Shown here one piece after another: positions 24,087-34,854 of a stretch of DNA of 64,000 nucleotides; positions within the stretch are counted from its first letter, which is position 1; each line of letters begins with the position of its first letter. This stretch comes from a virus: UHGV virus genome UHGV-0277313; one strand, 5' to 3'. The notes beneath the pieces are model-generated. The model saw nothing but the letters and a program-made list of their open reading frames with translations, did not search any database and was not told where the DNA came from. The position numbers were made by a program, and so were the translations under genes.

Positions 24087-25061
24087 ATGAGTGCTTTAAT
24101 TGAATCATTTAGAAATGCAGTTTATGAAAAACTTGTTGAGATGGGATCAATAACAGTCTTTTCATATGATGACATTGATTTTATTTATGATAAAATTTTT
24201 AAATCATCAGATGAGTTTAAAGATTTGTGTGATGAATATAAAGCAAAGTATCTAAAAGTTTATGAACCTTATTATGATCTTGAAACATTTGATTTAACTA
24301 AAGTAACTCGTGTATTAAAAATTGTAAAGAATGATAGAATAGTGGGGTATGTGACTTTTTATGTTTATGAAAAAGTTAATGCTGAAATTGATTTCTTTAC
24401 TAAAGAGTCCCGTTATAACGAAGCGGTAGAAAAGTTAATCAAAAAACTTAATAAAAACATCTGTGAACAGATTGGGTTAGGTGAAATAGAAAACATATTC
24501 GCAACGTCACATAATCAAAAATCTCATACAGAGTTGTTTGAAAAGTGTTTAGATTTTTATTCCGTTGAATTTTATAAACCTGTTGAAAATCTTAAATTTG
24601 ATGTAAAAGATAAATTGGTTATTTCAAAAAAGGTTGAGGGCACTTACTTTGATTTTATCTTTGATCAAAAAGCCTTTAATTCTGAAAGATTAATCAAAAT
24701 GGATCATGATTTCTTTAAAGATGAACAAAAGAATGCTGGTACAGATTTTAAATACAGAGATCCAAACTATGATGTAACTATTAAAATCGTTGACAGAAAT
24801 AAAGATGTTGACGTTGGTTTCATTGGGCTTAGGATGTTCAATAAAGGAATTGTTACAGTTTCTGTTTATATCGAAAATAAATATCGTGGTTTAGGTTTAT
24901 ATTCTTACTTTATTGATCATTTTAATTTATTTACACGTTTATTTAAACAGGAAATCAATTGGTTGTCGATTTATGTTTATGCTAAAAATAAGACTTCGAT
25001 GAGTGTTCACAATAAACTTTTAGGTGAAGCTAAAATCAAGACTTTCTATAAAGGCATTTAA
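24087..25061 (+). CDS. hypothetical protein with putative C-terminal GNAT acetyltransferase fold
   Basis: 324 aa; VTVSVYIENKYRGLGLYSYF resembles GNAT motif A (R-G-x-G-x); weak. Confidence 0.3.
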   Translation: MSALIESFRNAVYEKLVEMGSITVFSYDDIDFIYDKIFKSSDEFKDLCDEYKAKYLKVYEPYYDLETFDLTKVTRVLKIVKNDRIVGYVTFYVYEKVNAEIDFFTKESRYNEAVEKLIKKLNKNICEQIGLGEIENIFATSHNQKSHTELFEKCLDFYSVEFYKPVENLKFDVKDKLVISKKVEGTYFDFIFDQKAFNSERLIKMDHDFFKDEQKNAGTDFKYRDPNYDVTIKIVDRNKDVDVGFIGLRMFNKGIVTVSVYIENKYRGLGLYSYFIDHFNLFTRLFKQEINWLSIYVYAKNKTSMSVHNKLLGEAKIKTFYKGI

Positions 25062-25101
25062 TCAGTTCTATTGGATATAATTTAAACATTTAAGGTGGAA
25101 C

Positions 25102-25626
25102 ATGTCAGAATTTGAATACAATCAGATGATTGAGTATATTGACGGGACTTTTGATGAAAATTTCAACGCTGCACGTCAATGGGCGATGTTACATAATACA
25201 ACATTTGAAGAAAATGTTGAGATGCGAGAAGAGTTTGTCGGGAAACGTATGGAAACATATCAGGATCCTGAAACTGGTGCAGAAGTTGAAAAGGAAGTAA
25301 ATTATCCGACTTTAAAAAGATTTTGGTTTATTGGCGAAGAACCAAAACCATATGTTCCTCCTGAACCGACAGTTGATGAGTTACAATTAAACGCACGACA
25401 GGTTCGTAATACATATATGGAATCTACCCAGAACCGTATTGACAGATACCGAAATCAAAAAGAGATTGGTATAAAGACAACAGATTCGGAAGCAACATAC
25501 AAGTTATTGCTTCAGTATACGCAATATTTGCGCGATTACCCGAATGGTGAAAACTGGTGGGTTAGTACCTGTAAAACATTTGATGAATTCGTGTTTGAAA
25601 ACGAAGCAAGTGAGGAAGAGGTTTAA
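25102..25626 (+). CDS. hypothetical protein (possible fibre assembly/chaperone by size and position)
   Basis: 174 aa; RBS AAGGTGG; function inferred from context only. Confidence 0.4.
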   Translation: MSEFEYNQMIEYIDGTFDENFNAARQWAMLHNTTFEENVEMREEFVGKRMETYQDPETGAEVEKEVNYPTLKRFWFIGEEPKPYVPPEPTVDELQLNARQVRNTYMESTQNRIDRYRNQKEIGIKTTDSEATYKLLLQYTQYLRDYPNGENWWVSTCKTFDEFVFENEASEEEV

Positions 25627-25629
25627 AAA

Positions 25630-26325
25630 ATGCCGATTTATAAAGGTAGCAGTATTCTCTCAAAAATCACCAGTGGGTGGTGGGTAGATGCGGTTTACCG
25701 TGGTGCCAGTTTAATTTATACTGCAAGAACTTTTCCTAAAGATACCATAATTGCGAATAGTGCTATTGGTGATGAAACGGGATATTTTACCTTAAAAAAT
25801 AAACAGAAGTTTTATGTAGAAATGTATGGTGGCGGTGCTGGCGGATCTTCATCTCAACGTGATAGTAAGTGGTTCTATGGCCCAGGAGGAAGCGGGGCTG
25901 GTTTTGTTGGGGTGGTTGAACTTTTACAAGGCGTTTACACTTGGAAAGTTGGAGCAGCTGGCTATGGTTGGAATATAAACAACCAATTAAATATGAGTGG
26001 TTCGGTTGCTGGCGGTGATAGTTCATTAATAAACACTTCAACTGGTGAGACATATATATTAGCTGGAGGCGCACCAGCTAATCATGAAGTTTTGAGTACG
26101 CAAGGCGGTACTTTTACAAAAGCTGGTGGAATCCTTACGGTTAAGGAAGTTTCAGTTATTTCATTTACCAAAAAATCTAATGGGAATCCAAGCCAAGCAA
26201 ACAACACGCCTGGCGTTTCTTTATATGATGGTACTTTACAAGGATATGGAGCTGGGAACAACTCATTTATCAATGGCGACACTCGTTATGCTATTGGTGG
26301 TTTTATCCATATAAAAGCTTTATGA
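25630..26325 (+). CDS. glycine-rich adhesin-like protein, paralog B
   Basis: 231 aa; shares with 22771-23403 the N-terminal (M)xIYK..S...KI element and poly-Gly motifs (YGGGAGGSSS, GPGGSGAGF, GAAGYGW, VAGGDSS, AGGAP). Confidence 0.4.
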   Translation: MPIYKGSSILSKITSGWWVDAVYRGASLIYTARTFPKDTIIANSAIGDETGYFTLKNKQKFYVEMYGGGAGGSSSQRDSKWFYGPGGSGAGFVGVVELLQGVYTWKVGAAGYGWNINNQLNMSGSVAGGDSSLINTSTGETYILAGGAPANHEVLSTQGGTFTKAGGILTVKEVSVISFTKKSNGNPSQANNTPGVSLYDGTLQGYGAGNNSFINGDTRYAIGGFIHIKAL

Positions 26326-26575
26326 TTTATAGAAGAAAATAAATAACTTTATAGCATTGTGATCAAATTTATGAAATTGCTAAAGTTATTTGAATTACAA
26401 CTATGTGTCATCGTTTTCTTTTATATTTTTTAAAAGCTCATTCATTAAAGCACAGTATAATTCTAAAGATATCTTGTGACCGCCGATTAATTTGTGTGCG
26501 TCAACAATTTTATAAAGTCGTGATGCACATAATTTTAAAGCAGGACAGTCTAAACAATTTACTTCATCTAGCATT

Positions 26576-29500
26576 TTATTGTAATTTAAGATATTGATTT
26601 AGAAATTTAGATTCTAGTTTAGCAAGGTAATTTATTTTTCCTGCACGCAAATCTGCTTTTTTAAATATAGTAGCGTTAGAAGAAGGATTACGCTTGAATG
26701 ATTCTAACATATCGTCGAAATCAGATATGTTATCATTATGCAAATCTGATTGAATATTGTCAATTTCTTTAACTAAATCATCAAATAATTTATCAGTATC
26801 TTTTTTGTATTTGTTTAGAAGTTGTGATAAATCCTGTTCAATGTTGACTTCGTTAAGACTTGAGATAGTTTTAATAATTGTGTCTTTTGAATTGTCTTTC
26901 AAAATATTGTCATTAGAATTTATTAAAGCATCCGTTTGATCTTCAAATGTTTTGACATATTGTTTTTTAAGTTCAGGAATATTTTCAACATACTTTTCTA
27001 ATACATTTTCAATATTTTGTAGTGATGTAGAAATCTTGTCTTTTAAAGATTTTTCATCAATCAAATTTGGCATTTGAGGTTTTTCTTTAGATTGCTTAAA
27101 TGCATTGAACGATGTGATATTATTATTGTTTTTTCTGTAGTTAGCAATATCAGCTCTATATTTTGAAATACGTTTTTCATTTAGGTTATTCAAATAATTG
27201 TAGATATTTTCAACAACAGAATTTAGTCTAAACATGTATGTGAGGTATGCAATTCCTGTTTCATTCAACATACCTTTATTTGCAAAATTTAAAAATTTAT
27301 CACAGTTGTCTTTGTATCTGCTGAAATCGATTGCATTTATATTTTCAATAGATGTATTTTTAATTTCATCTCCTAGTGATGAAAAATCAAGGAAAGAAGC
27401 TTCATTTTTGAATTGTAAAAAGAATGTATCATTACTCTTTTTGAATCTATCCAATTTTGTGATAAAATTAGATTCTTTACCAAAGTCTTTTAGAAGTGTT
27501 TGAGTTAATTCAGAGATTTCACTTGAAAGTTCTTCCTTTTTTTCATTTAAATCAGGTAAGTTTCCGTCAGCATTTCTTATCTGATTTTTAATTTTATTTA
27601 ATTCATCAATTTTATTTTGCGTTGTTTCTAAAGTTGTTTTTGCTGAAATGATATTATCTTTAAAATTTTCAATTTCAGCTCTTTGAGATGTATCAACTTT
27701 ACCTTTTGTAAATTTTATCTTTTTTATTTGATGAATTAATGAATTGATTACAAATGTTAAAAGTTCGTTATTATTGGTAATTGTGACTGCGCTCAAAGGT
27801 GTTGCAAGATCAAATGCTTTATCAAATAAGATAATTGAGTCATTATTTATTTGAATAATGTCAGAAGTAAATTTAGGTTCGATTGATTTCAAGTAAGTTA
27901 AATCAAGTTCAATTTTAGGTTCAGTAACGTTTATTTGTTTAGGCTCTTCTGGCTTACTATCGTTTTTGGTGTTAATGGTAGTGTCAATTTTTTCTTTATT
28001 ATCATCAAAGTTAAATTTGATATCTTTTTCATTATCAGCAATAGCTTCATTAATAATGTCATTAACGGTATTAACAAAATTTTTACCGTCTTCTATTTCG
28101 CTAGCAAGATTGCATAAGTATTCTGCATCATCACCTGAACAGTAATTGATGATAAAGACGCGTGCTTTTGGTGTTAAAGCAATCAAGAAAAGGATGCATT
28201 TCTCAAATCTAAAAGCATCAATTTTATTGTTTAGTGTTTCAAAAAACTTTGCTTTTTCGGCATCATTTAATGTTTTAAGAATTTTATTAATCTTTACTGT
28301 ATAATTAGAATGTTTTTGTTTATCTCCGAACAAGTCTTGGAAACGCTGATAAATACCTTTAATCGCTTGTGTTTTTTTAGCAATTTCCAATAATTCCTTA
28401 TATTTATTTTCATCATCTGAATCTAAAGTAGAGTTGTCATCTGAATTAAAGAAGTCAATGTCGTTATTATCAGCGTCATTTACATTTGTATGTATAACAT
28501 TTGGTGAATCATTAAATTGGAAAATTTTTCTTTCTTCTTTGTCAGAGTTTAAGAATCGAGCAATTTCAGATCCGAGTTTTTTTGATTTTGAGTAATCACG
28601 AACAAAAGATTCCAGTTGTAATTTATCGTTTACATTTAAGTCAGCGTATTTTATAGCAAGTTCTGGAGTTTTTGTGTTATATAGTTGAGCAAATCTGTTT
28701 AAAAACAAATTGACATTTGGTGAATCACCTGTTGAGGGGATACCATATTTTTTCTGTTGTTGAATACATGTTAAGACGTTGTCTAAATTGTATATATTTT
28801 TATAAAGGATATCTTGGACTTCTTCCGGAACTTTAGTAATTGTAGTTGGTTGTACTCCTTTTTCAAACAATTTTTCAAACATATCAAAAGTGTTGCGCAA
28901 ATTGTTATGATTAATGTGATAAATATCAACAATTGAATCAACAGACTGTTGAGCGATGTAATCTTGAGTGTTTTTATCTTGTTTATAAAAAGCATTCAAG
29001 AATCCTTCAATGAGTTCATCAACTTTTTGAAGTTTTTGGAATTTTGTTAGATTTTCAGGTTGGTTGTTTTTATTCTCATTAGGGTATTGCTGTTTTGCAT
29101 ATGCATCTGCAGCCAATCGTAGAGTATCACGATTATCTTTATCAATCTTTTTTAATTCATCATCTTTAGCTTTTTTGTCGCTGGCATCAATAGATTGTTT
29201 CGTTTCAGCAGCTTCTTTAGTTTCAACTTTTATAGAGAGACTGTCTAAAAAGTCATTACGAAATTGTTCGTTTGTAGCAAAAAGATAGTAATATTTTTCT
29301 GGCAGTGTAGATAAAACGCTTGCACCAAATTTTTTTTTGCTGACAGCTTCTTCCCAAAATAGCAAACTGTTGAATAGTTTTTTATTTTTTTGTGATAAAC
29401 GAAGAAGATTTCTTGCAATACTAGGTGGTAATTCAGCAAGACATAAACGTGCATTATCAGATAAATTTAAAAATTGTTTGCGACTTATGTCATCTGAAAG

Positions 29501-30247
29501 TTCGTTATAAAACTTTTGAGATTCTTCATCTGTTATTTCTTTGTTGTCGTAATGAAATGTTTTTAGTGCTGTTAATAAAGAATCTATTACTTTTTCATCG
29601 TTTTGCAATTTTTTTGAATTAAAAATATCTGTAAGTGAAAAATAATTTTTATCAAAAAAATCTTTTTTATCTTTATCTGTCAGCAACAGAAAAGCCGTTT
29701 GTAATTCTGGATAAAAGCTTAAATTATTATATACATATAGAAGTTCACTATTTTTTACAAATTCAAATGGTTTGTTAATTTGTGTAATGTGTCTGTTTCC
29801 TGAAGTTGCTAAATAGTACAAATCATACGACAGTTCGTTGGCAACATCTTCAGGGTTGTTTTTATAAACATCTTTTAGTTGATGCACAAACCAATCTGCA
29901 ACATCGTTTGTTAAAAATGGCAGAGCAGCAACAAGTTGTTCATTGCCGTCAGACACTAGTGTATTATAAAATTTTAAAACATTTTCATGTTGAAAAATTT
30001 TTAAAGGGTCTTCAATCTTAATTAACTCATCACGTTTATTTGGATTAACATATTTACAAATATTGTATAAAATGTCTTGAAGCTGATCAAGTGTGTTTTG
30101 ATCAGAATTTTTGTATAGGTTTTCCAAACGTCTGTTCAATAATTTAAATAAAGAGACCTTATCGCCTCTGTAATGTTTAAGGTCATTTATTTCTTCTTGA
30201 GAAATAGATTCTTTGATACCGAAAAGTGTTTCAAAATCATTAGACAT
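26576..30247 (-). CDS. giant N/K/D-rich coiled-coil protein of unknown function
   Basis: 1223-aa uninterrupted minus-strand ORF embedded in a plus-strand structural module; low-complexity heptad segments; no catalytic motif found. Confidence 0.5.
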   Translation of the reverse strand: MSNDFETLFGIKESISQEEINDLKHYRGDKVSLFKLLNRRLENLYKNSDQNTLDQLQDILYNICKYVNPNKRDELIKIEDPLKIFQHENVLKFYNTLVSDGNEQLVAALPFLTNDVADWFVHQLKDVYKNNPEDVANELSYDLYYLATSGNRHITQINKPFEFVKNSELLYVYNNLSFYPELQTAFLLLTDKDKKDFFDKNYFSLTDIFNSKKLQNDEKVIDSLLTALKTFHYDNKEITDEESQKFYNELSDDISRKQFLNLSDNARLCLAELPPSIARNLLRLSQKNKKLFNSLLFWEEAVSKKKFGASVLSTLPEKYYYLFATNEQFRNDFLDSLSIKVETKEAAETKQSIDASDKKAKDDELKKIDKDNRDTLRLAADAYAKQQYPNENKNNQPENLTKFQKLQKVDELIEGFLNAFYKQDKNTQDYIAQQSVDSIVDIYHINHNNLRNTFDMFEKLFEKGVQPTTITKVPEEVQDILYKNIYNLDNVLTCIQQQKKYGIPSTGDSPNVNLFLNRFAQLYNTKTPELAIKYADLNVNDKLQLESFVRDYSKSKKLGSEIARFLNSDKEERKIFQFNDSPNVIHTNVNDADNNDIDFFNSDDNSTLDSDDENKYKELLEIAKKTQAIKGIYQRFQDLFGDKQKHSNYTVKINKILKTLNDAEKAKFFETLNNKIDAFRFEKCILFLIALTPKARVFIINYCSGDDAEYLCNLASEIEDGKNFVNTVNDIINEAIADNEKDIKFNFDDNKEKIDTTINTKNDSKPEEPKQINVTEPKIELDLTYLKSIEPKFTSDIIQINNDSIILFDKAFDLATPLSAVTITNNNELLTFVINSLIHQIKKIKFTKGKVDTSQRAEIENFKDNIISAKTTLETTQNKIDELNKIKNQIRNADGNLPDLNEKKEELSSEISELTQTLLKDFGKESNFITKLDRFKKSNDTFFLQFKNEASFLDFSSLGDEIKNTSIENINAIDFSRYKDNCDKFLNFANKGMLNETGIAYLTYMFRLNSVVENIYNYLNNLNEKRISKYRADIANYRKNNNNITSFNAFKQSKEKPQMPNLIDEKSLKDKISTSLQNIENVLEKYVENIPELKKQYVKTFEDQTDALINSNDNILKDNSKDTIIKTISSLNEVNIEQDLSQLLNKYKKDTDKLFDDLVKEIDNIQSDLHNDNISDFDDMLESFKRNPSSNATIFKKADLRAGKINYLAKLESKFLNQYLKLQ

Positions 30248-30338
30248 TTTACATACCTATAAAATATAAACGCAGATATTTAAAGAACCGTAGTGTGTGA
30301 TTTTAAAGTTCTTTTTGTGTGACAACAGGGTGTTGAAT

Positions 30339-31520
30339 ATGGCTAATAATATTGTTTCTATATCAGTTTATATCAACGGTATTTTATTGAATGAATCAAA
30401 TTCAGTTGTATATAAAATCTTTATCGAAGAGTCTATAAGTAATGAATTTCCAAAGTTGGAGATGCATTTAGGTTTACGTGATGAATTTTTAACAAACCAC
30501 CCTGTTACAGATGGTTCAGCTATTAAGATTGAATTGCGTAAAGGAAGCAATATTAACATTTGTAATTTTAAAGTGTTTCATTATCAGGCAATGTCATCAC
30601 CATTAGGTGGAACTTTAGAATATCAGATAGTTGCGTATCATGAAGCTTTATGGTATTTATCAAAGATTGAAGATGAAGCCTATAATATGACTTCAGAATG
30701 TGCTTTTCATCGTATTGCAAATAAATCTGATTTAGGTTTTGATTCAGATCAAACGAATGATTCAATGGTTTGGTTTACTGTTGAAGGCAATCGCTTGAAT
30801 TTCATGAGAGAGATGTGTTTGCATGCGTGGGCAAACAAGTTTTCTATTTATGCATGGTGGGTTAGCAAAACAGGTGTTTTAAATTTTAAAAACATTGTAG
30901 ATCGTGTACAGCAGAAATCTAGATATGTTTTCGCCGAATCAAATGACATTCTTAACGAGTTAAAGACAGGGGTTCAACCAGTGACAAATGTTTCATATAC
31001 TGTTGAATCAGCTGTTAATAATTTCAGATTTGGTTACGGTAATAATTTATCATTTTTTGATACTGATAAAGTACAAAATAGAATCTTGTATCCTAGAGAA
31101 TTTCAAACAAATGTTCAATCGCTAAATATCGCAAAAGTTGGCCAGAATCAAAGTTGGATTTCCAGTGGTTTATCCTCCGAAAATGTTCATACGAATTATA
31201 AAAGAGCTGAAATTCAAAACAGACGTGGCTTGGCTTTATGGTCAACGGTTGTTACTTGTGTTGATCAATATTGTATTGATGTTGATATTGGTGATTGTAT
31301 TGAGTTTCTATTTAGAATTGATGGCAAAGAAGATTGTCAATTATTTTCAGGAAATTATTTAGTATCAGGAATTAGTTTCTTGATTGATTCGACGGATACG
31401 CCAGTACAGCAGATTACATTAGTTCGTCAAGGAATTTCTGTTCCTGTGTTTGACGCAACAACTGGTGAACAACCTTTTTCAAATTCGCAATTTGATCAGA
31501 ACGTTTTGGGACAACATTGA
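30339..31520 (+). CDS. baseplate hub-like protein (gp27-like by position)
   Basis: ATG at 30339 chosen over the tracked start (30297) because the tracked N-terminus looks like leader; lies immediately upstream of the OB-fold spike gene. Confidence 0.3.
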   Translation: MANNIVSISVYINGILLNESNSVVYKIFIEESISNEFPKLEMHLGLRDEFLTNHPVTDGSAIKIELRKGSNINICNFKVFHYQAMSSPLGGTLEYQIVAYHEALWYLSKIEDEAYNMTSECAFHRIANKSDLGFDSDQTNDSMVWFTVEGNRLNFMREMCLHAWANKFSIYAWWVSKTGVLNFKNIVDRVQQKSRYVFAESNDILNELKTGVQPVTNVSYTVESAVNNFRFGYGNNLSFFDTDKVQNRILYPREFQTNVQSLNIAKVGQNQSWISSGLSSENVHTNYKRAEIQNRRGLALWSTVVTCVDQYCIDVDIGDCIEFLFRIDGKEDCQLFSGNYLVSGISFLIDSTDTPVQQITLVRQGISVPVFDATTGEQPFSNSQFDQNVLGQH

Positions 31521-32260
31521 TGTTATTAAAAGAGCCAATTTTACAAACAGATAAAATCTTTGTTGGTGTGGTTGTAGATAATAAGGATCCCGCGCGTATG
31601 CAACGTGTACGTGTAAAACTTCCTCAACATCCTTCAAATTTGGAAAATAAGGATATTCCGTGGTCTGTACCTGAAAAATCAGGATTGTTTGGTAGTGGTA
31701 ATGGTTTAGGTACTTTAGCTGTTCCTATTGAAGGTTCATTTGTATCGGTTCGTATGTGCCCTGATCAGTATTCAACTGTTTATACTCAAATACAAACAAT
31801 TACTGACGCTGACATTTCTAGTGGTTATCCGAATGCATATGGTTTTAAAGATGCAAATGGAAATCGAATAAGCATGGATCTTGTTAATAAACTTTTAAAA
31901 GTGTTAATGAATAGTGATGTGCAAATTTCACAATCAGGTGATGTTAAGATTAAATTGAATGGCAACTTGCATTTATATTGTAAGGGTTTATTTATGCAGT
32001 CTGGTGACATTAACATTACTTCAGATGATATTACGACAAACGCGCCAGTGCATGCGGCTTCTTTAGATGCATATGCTGTAACAACTATAAATCTGTCAGC
32101 TAGTTCAGCAAAAGTTCGCGGAAGTTTTCAAGGAAGTTTGAATGGGGGTAGTAGTTTTGCTTCTATTGCAACAGGAATTCAAGGCGATTACCCTGAAGTA
32201 ATTTGTCCAAAACCAGCTGTAGATAAACCTGTAGCGCCAGATCTAGATTTTAAAGGTTGA
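31517..32260 (+). CDS. baseplate central spike protein, gp5/gpV-like OB-fold domain
   Basis: FVGVVVDNKDPARMQRVRVKLPQ is the canonical (V)vdn.DP..grvrVr.P motif of gpV/gp5/VgrG N-terminal OB domains. Confidence 0.55.
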   Translation: MMLLKEPILQTDKIFVGVVVDNKDPARMQRVRVKLPQHPSNLENKDIPWSVPEKSGLFGSGNGLGTLAVPIEGSFVSVRMCPDQYSTVYTQIQTITDADISSGYPNAYGFKDANGNRISMDLVNKLLKVLMNSDVQISQSGDVKIKLNGNLHLYCKGLFMQSGDINITSDDITTNAPVHAASLDAYAVTTINLSASSAKVRGSFQGSLNGGSSFASIATGIQGDYPEVICPKPAVDKPVAPDLDFKG

Positions 32261-32263
32261 TAA

Positions 32264-34852
32264 ATGACTGAGATTTCCGAAATAACAAAACTTCCGTATT
32301 ACGAAGAAAAAAGTGATTTAGAGTATACTTCTGTTAATGAAGAAGTGTACGGGGAAATTGTTAAAGATGTTAATGGTACATTAAGTGCAGACTCAACATA
32401 TAAATACCCTATTTATGAAAAAAGTGGTGATTTTGACAAATCAAACTCTGATTTGACAGTTATTGACGGATACTATTATTATTTACGTCCTTTTCCTGTC
32501 GAAGGTGTATATGTTTTAGAAATTTATAGAAGAAACGATGAATATAAAGAATTAGAAGCACAAATATCAAATTATAAAGAGATGTTTGAGCATGATGGTG
32601 AAGTTGAAAAGACATATATAGAAAAAAGAAACAACATTGTAAATAAGAAAGATGTTCGTGGAAAGTCTTTGCTAGATTGGAATAAACAGTTTATTGAATC
32701 AAGAGATTATTTAATCGAACATTTAACAAATAGTTCAGATTATTTAGAGTCAGTTGATAAGTCAAATAATATAGATGCATTTAATGAGAAGCAAAACGTG
32801 TTGAATGATGAAAGCGCAACACAAGAACAAAAAGATGCAGCAATTAAAAAATATAACGATACAATAACTGAATATCATAATAAGTTGTTGAATTTTAAGA
32901 CTAAATTAGATTTGTATTCAACGTATTTGTCTTTGTATAATGTTATGTTTACAGATGTAAACCATGTTGTACCAAATACAGATACGGAAGCTGTTGAAAA
33001 TCAAAAGCAACAATATAAGAAAATTGAATCTGAATTCAAAGACGATTGTTTGTTTTTAACAAAATGTTCCTCACCTTTAATTTGGGTTGCTGAATTAAAA
33101 AAGGTTTCACCTGGTAAATTAACTGATTTTTCCGGAAGTAGGAGTAATGTGCAATCTGGTGTTTCAAATCTTTATGATGTAGATACAAAATTTTATGATC
33201 AGAAGATAAATGCTGAAAAAGAGAGGCCAAAATATGAAGAGGCTAAGAAAAAGATTGAAAAATATGGTGCTTCTAGTAAAGATAAAAAGTTTTTAGCATA
33301 TAAATTTATTAACCGTAAAGAAGATTTAGCTGACTCATATGGTTTGTATCGTGTAGTGTCTATTCAAGGTGATTCATATAGTATAGAAGTTAATTCAAAA
33401 CAGTCTATAGGTAATCAAATAAAGAAAAGTTTAGGTGTTGTAAATAATAAAAAATTCGACACTAGTTGGGTTACACCAAATAGGTATTTTATAGGGTTTG
33501 AGAAATTAGCATCTGGTACACCTGTATTTACAGTATCATCTTGTGATGATGATATTGCAAATGTTATATTAAAATATGAATATCGCGGGAATAATTCAGC
33601 GCCAACTATTGTTGACACAAAAAGTAGTTATGATACAGAAGGTTGTGATTCGACGAAGCGTTTCAGAACAACTTTTCAATTTTTCAGTGAAACGAAATCA
33701 TATAGAACAACAACAACGGATAGTAAAGGTAGTTTACAGGATTCAGTACGTTATAATTTGTTTGATGCTGTTGAACCTTATCCTGTAGTTGATAAAGTAG
33801 AAGTTAAACAGATTACCAAAAAACAATGGCAAGAGTTGCCAGCAAAAGAAAGATTAAAGTATCATAAAATTGGTACACCAACAATGGATGAACGGTTGCA
33901 AGAAATTTTAGGTGCATTAGAAGATGTGAAGCCAATTATTTCATCATTAATGCCTGTTCAGCAAATAATGGGTTCATTGCAGCCTTTCGTTGGTGTTTTA
34001 GAATCAACAAAATCAACTATAGATACTGTAAAAACAACAATAGGTACAGTAAAATCAACAATTGATAAAATTGCTAGTATGCCGATTGTTGGTGTAGTTG
34101 CTTCTCCTTTACAGAGTATTCTTGATATTATAACTAATTTAGCAGGTGTTTTTGCACAATTCTATATGCAGAATTATGAATTGATTAAAAAGATTCGTGA
34201 TATTAAAGAAGCAATAGATCCAGAAAATATAAAAAAGAAATTAAAAGAAGTTAAAGAAGTTATTGATGCAAATATTGATATGATTAAAGCAGAACGAGAA
34301 AAGATGAAAGCTTTAAAGAAGAATGGGTCACTTGAAGATATCGATAAAAAGAAAATGAATGTTGAATCACCGATCAAGGAAAATGATTTAGCAAAAGGTT
34401 CTGGAGCAGGTTTGTTTGCTGACTTTAATGCAAAAGCTTTAATACCAGCAATTCCAGATGAGATTTTAGAACAGATCGAACAAATCAAGACAACAATTGA
34501 TTCTTTTGAAACTTTGGCTGATACTGTTAATACAATGAAGGAATTAGGTGATTCTGTAGATCAGGCAATGACAACTATTTCAACCGTGAAAGCTGTATTA
34601 ACAGGAACGCCACCTCTGGAAATGGTGATGGATAATATTAGAACAGCAGCAAAACCGTCATTGGACGCGGCTTCATTGCAAATTAAAGATTTTGATAAAA
34701 AGCAAATAGCTTTAGCAGAAGCGGCAAAAGCTTCAAGAGAGAACGCATTGAAATATGAGATAAAAGAGAACGTTCCTATTGAAACACCATTTCCTGAAGC
34801 GGTCGATGAGCAAACAATAAAAGCAAGAACGAGTCCAAAAATTGAGGGGTAG
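32264..34852 (+). CDS. large coiled-coil structural protein (tail/baseplate associated)
   Basis: 862 aa; long K/E-rich helices and a TxxTI repeat patch (STIDTVKTTIGTVKSTIDKI). Confidence 0.4.
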   Translation: MTEISEITKLPYYEEKSDLEYTSVNEEVYGEIVKDVNGTLSADSTYKYPIYEKSGDFDKSNSDLTVIDGYYYYLRPFPVEGVYVLEIYRRNDEYKELEAQISNYKEMFEHDGEVEKTYIEKRNNIVNKKDVRGKSLLDWNKQFIESRDYLIEHLTNSSDYLESVDKSNNIDAFNEKQNVLNDESATQEQKDAAIKKYNDTITEYHNKLLNFKTKLDLYSTYLSLYNVMFTDVNHVVPNTDTEAVENQKQQYKKIESEFKDDCLFLTKCSSPLIWVAELKKVSPGKLTDFSGSRSNVQSGVSNLYDVDTKFYDQKINAEKERPKYEEAKKKIEKYGASSKDKKFLAYKFINRKEDLADSYGLYRVVSIQGDSYSIEVNSKQSIGNQIKKSLGVVNNKKFDTSWVTPNRYFIGFEKLASGTPVFTVSSCDDDIANVILKYEYRGNNSAPTIVDTKSSYDTEGCDSTKRFRTTFQFFSETKSYRTTTTDSKGSLQDSVRYNLFDAVEPYPVVDKVEVKQITKKQWQELPAKERLKYHKIGTPTMDERLQEILGALEDVKPIISSLMPVQQIMGSLQPFVGVLESTKSTIDTVKTTIGTVKSTIDKIASMPIVGVVASPLQSILDIITNLAGVFAQFYMQNYELIKKIRDIKEAIDPENIKKKLKEVKEVIDANIDMIKAEREKMKALKKNGSLEDIDKKKMNVESPIKENDLAKGSGAGLFADFNAKALIPAIPDEILEQIEQIKTTIDSFETLADTVNTMKELGDSVDQAMTTISTVKAVLTGTPPLEMVMDNIRTAAKPSLDAASLQIKDFDKKQIALAEAAKASRENALKYEIKENVPIETPFPEAVDEQTIKARTSPKIEG

Positions 34853-34854
34853 TT

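Noticed and set aside
26403-26597. 64-aa plus-strand ORF in the convergent gap between the gly-rich gene and the giant minus-strand gene.
   Set aside because: No RBS. It overlaps the 3' end of the 1223-aa gene and has stop-rich surroundings. It is most likely non-coding terminator/spacer DNA; only imperfect hairpins were seen there.
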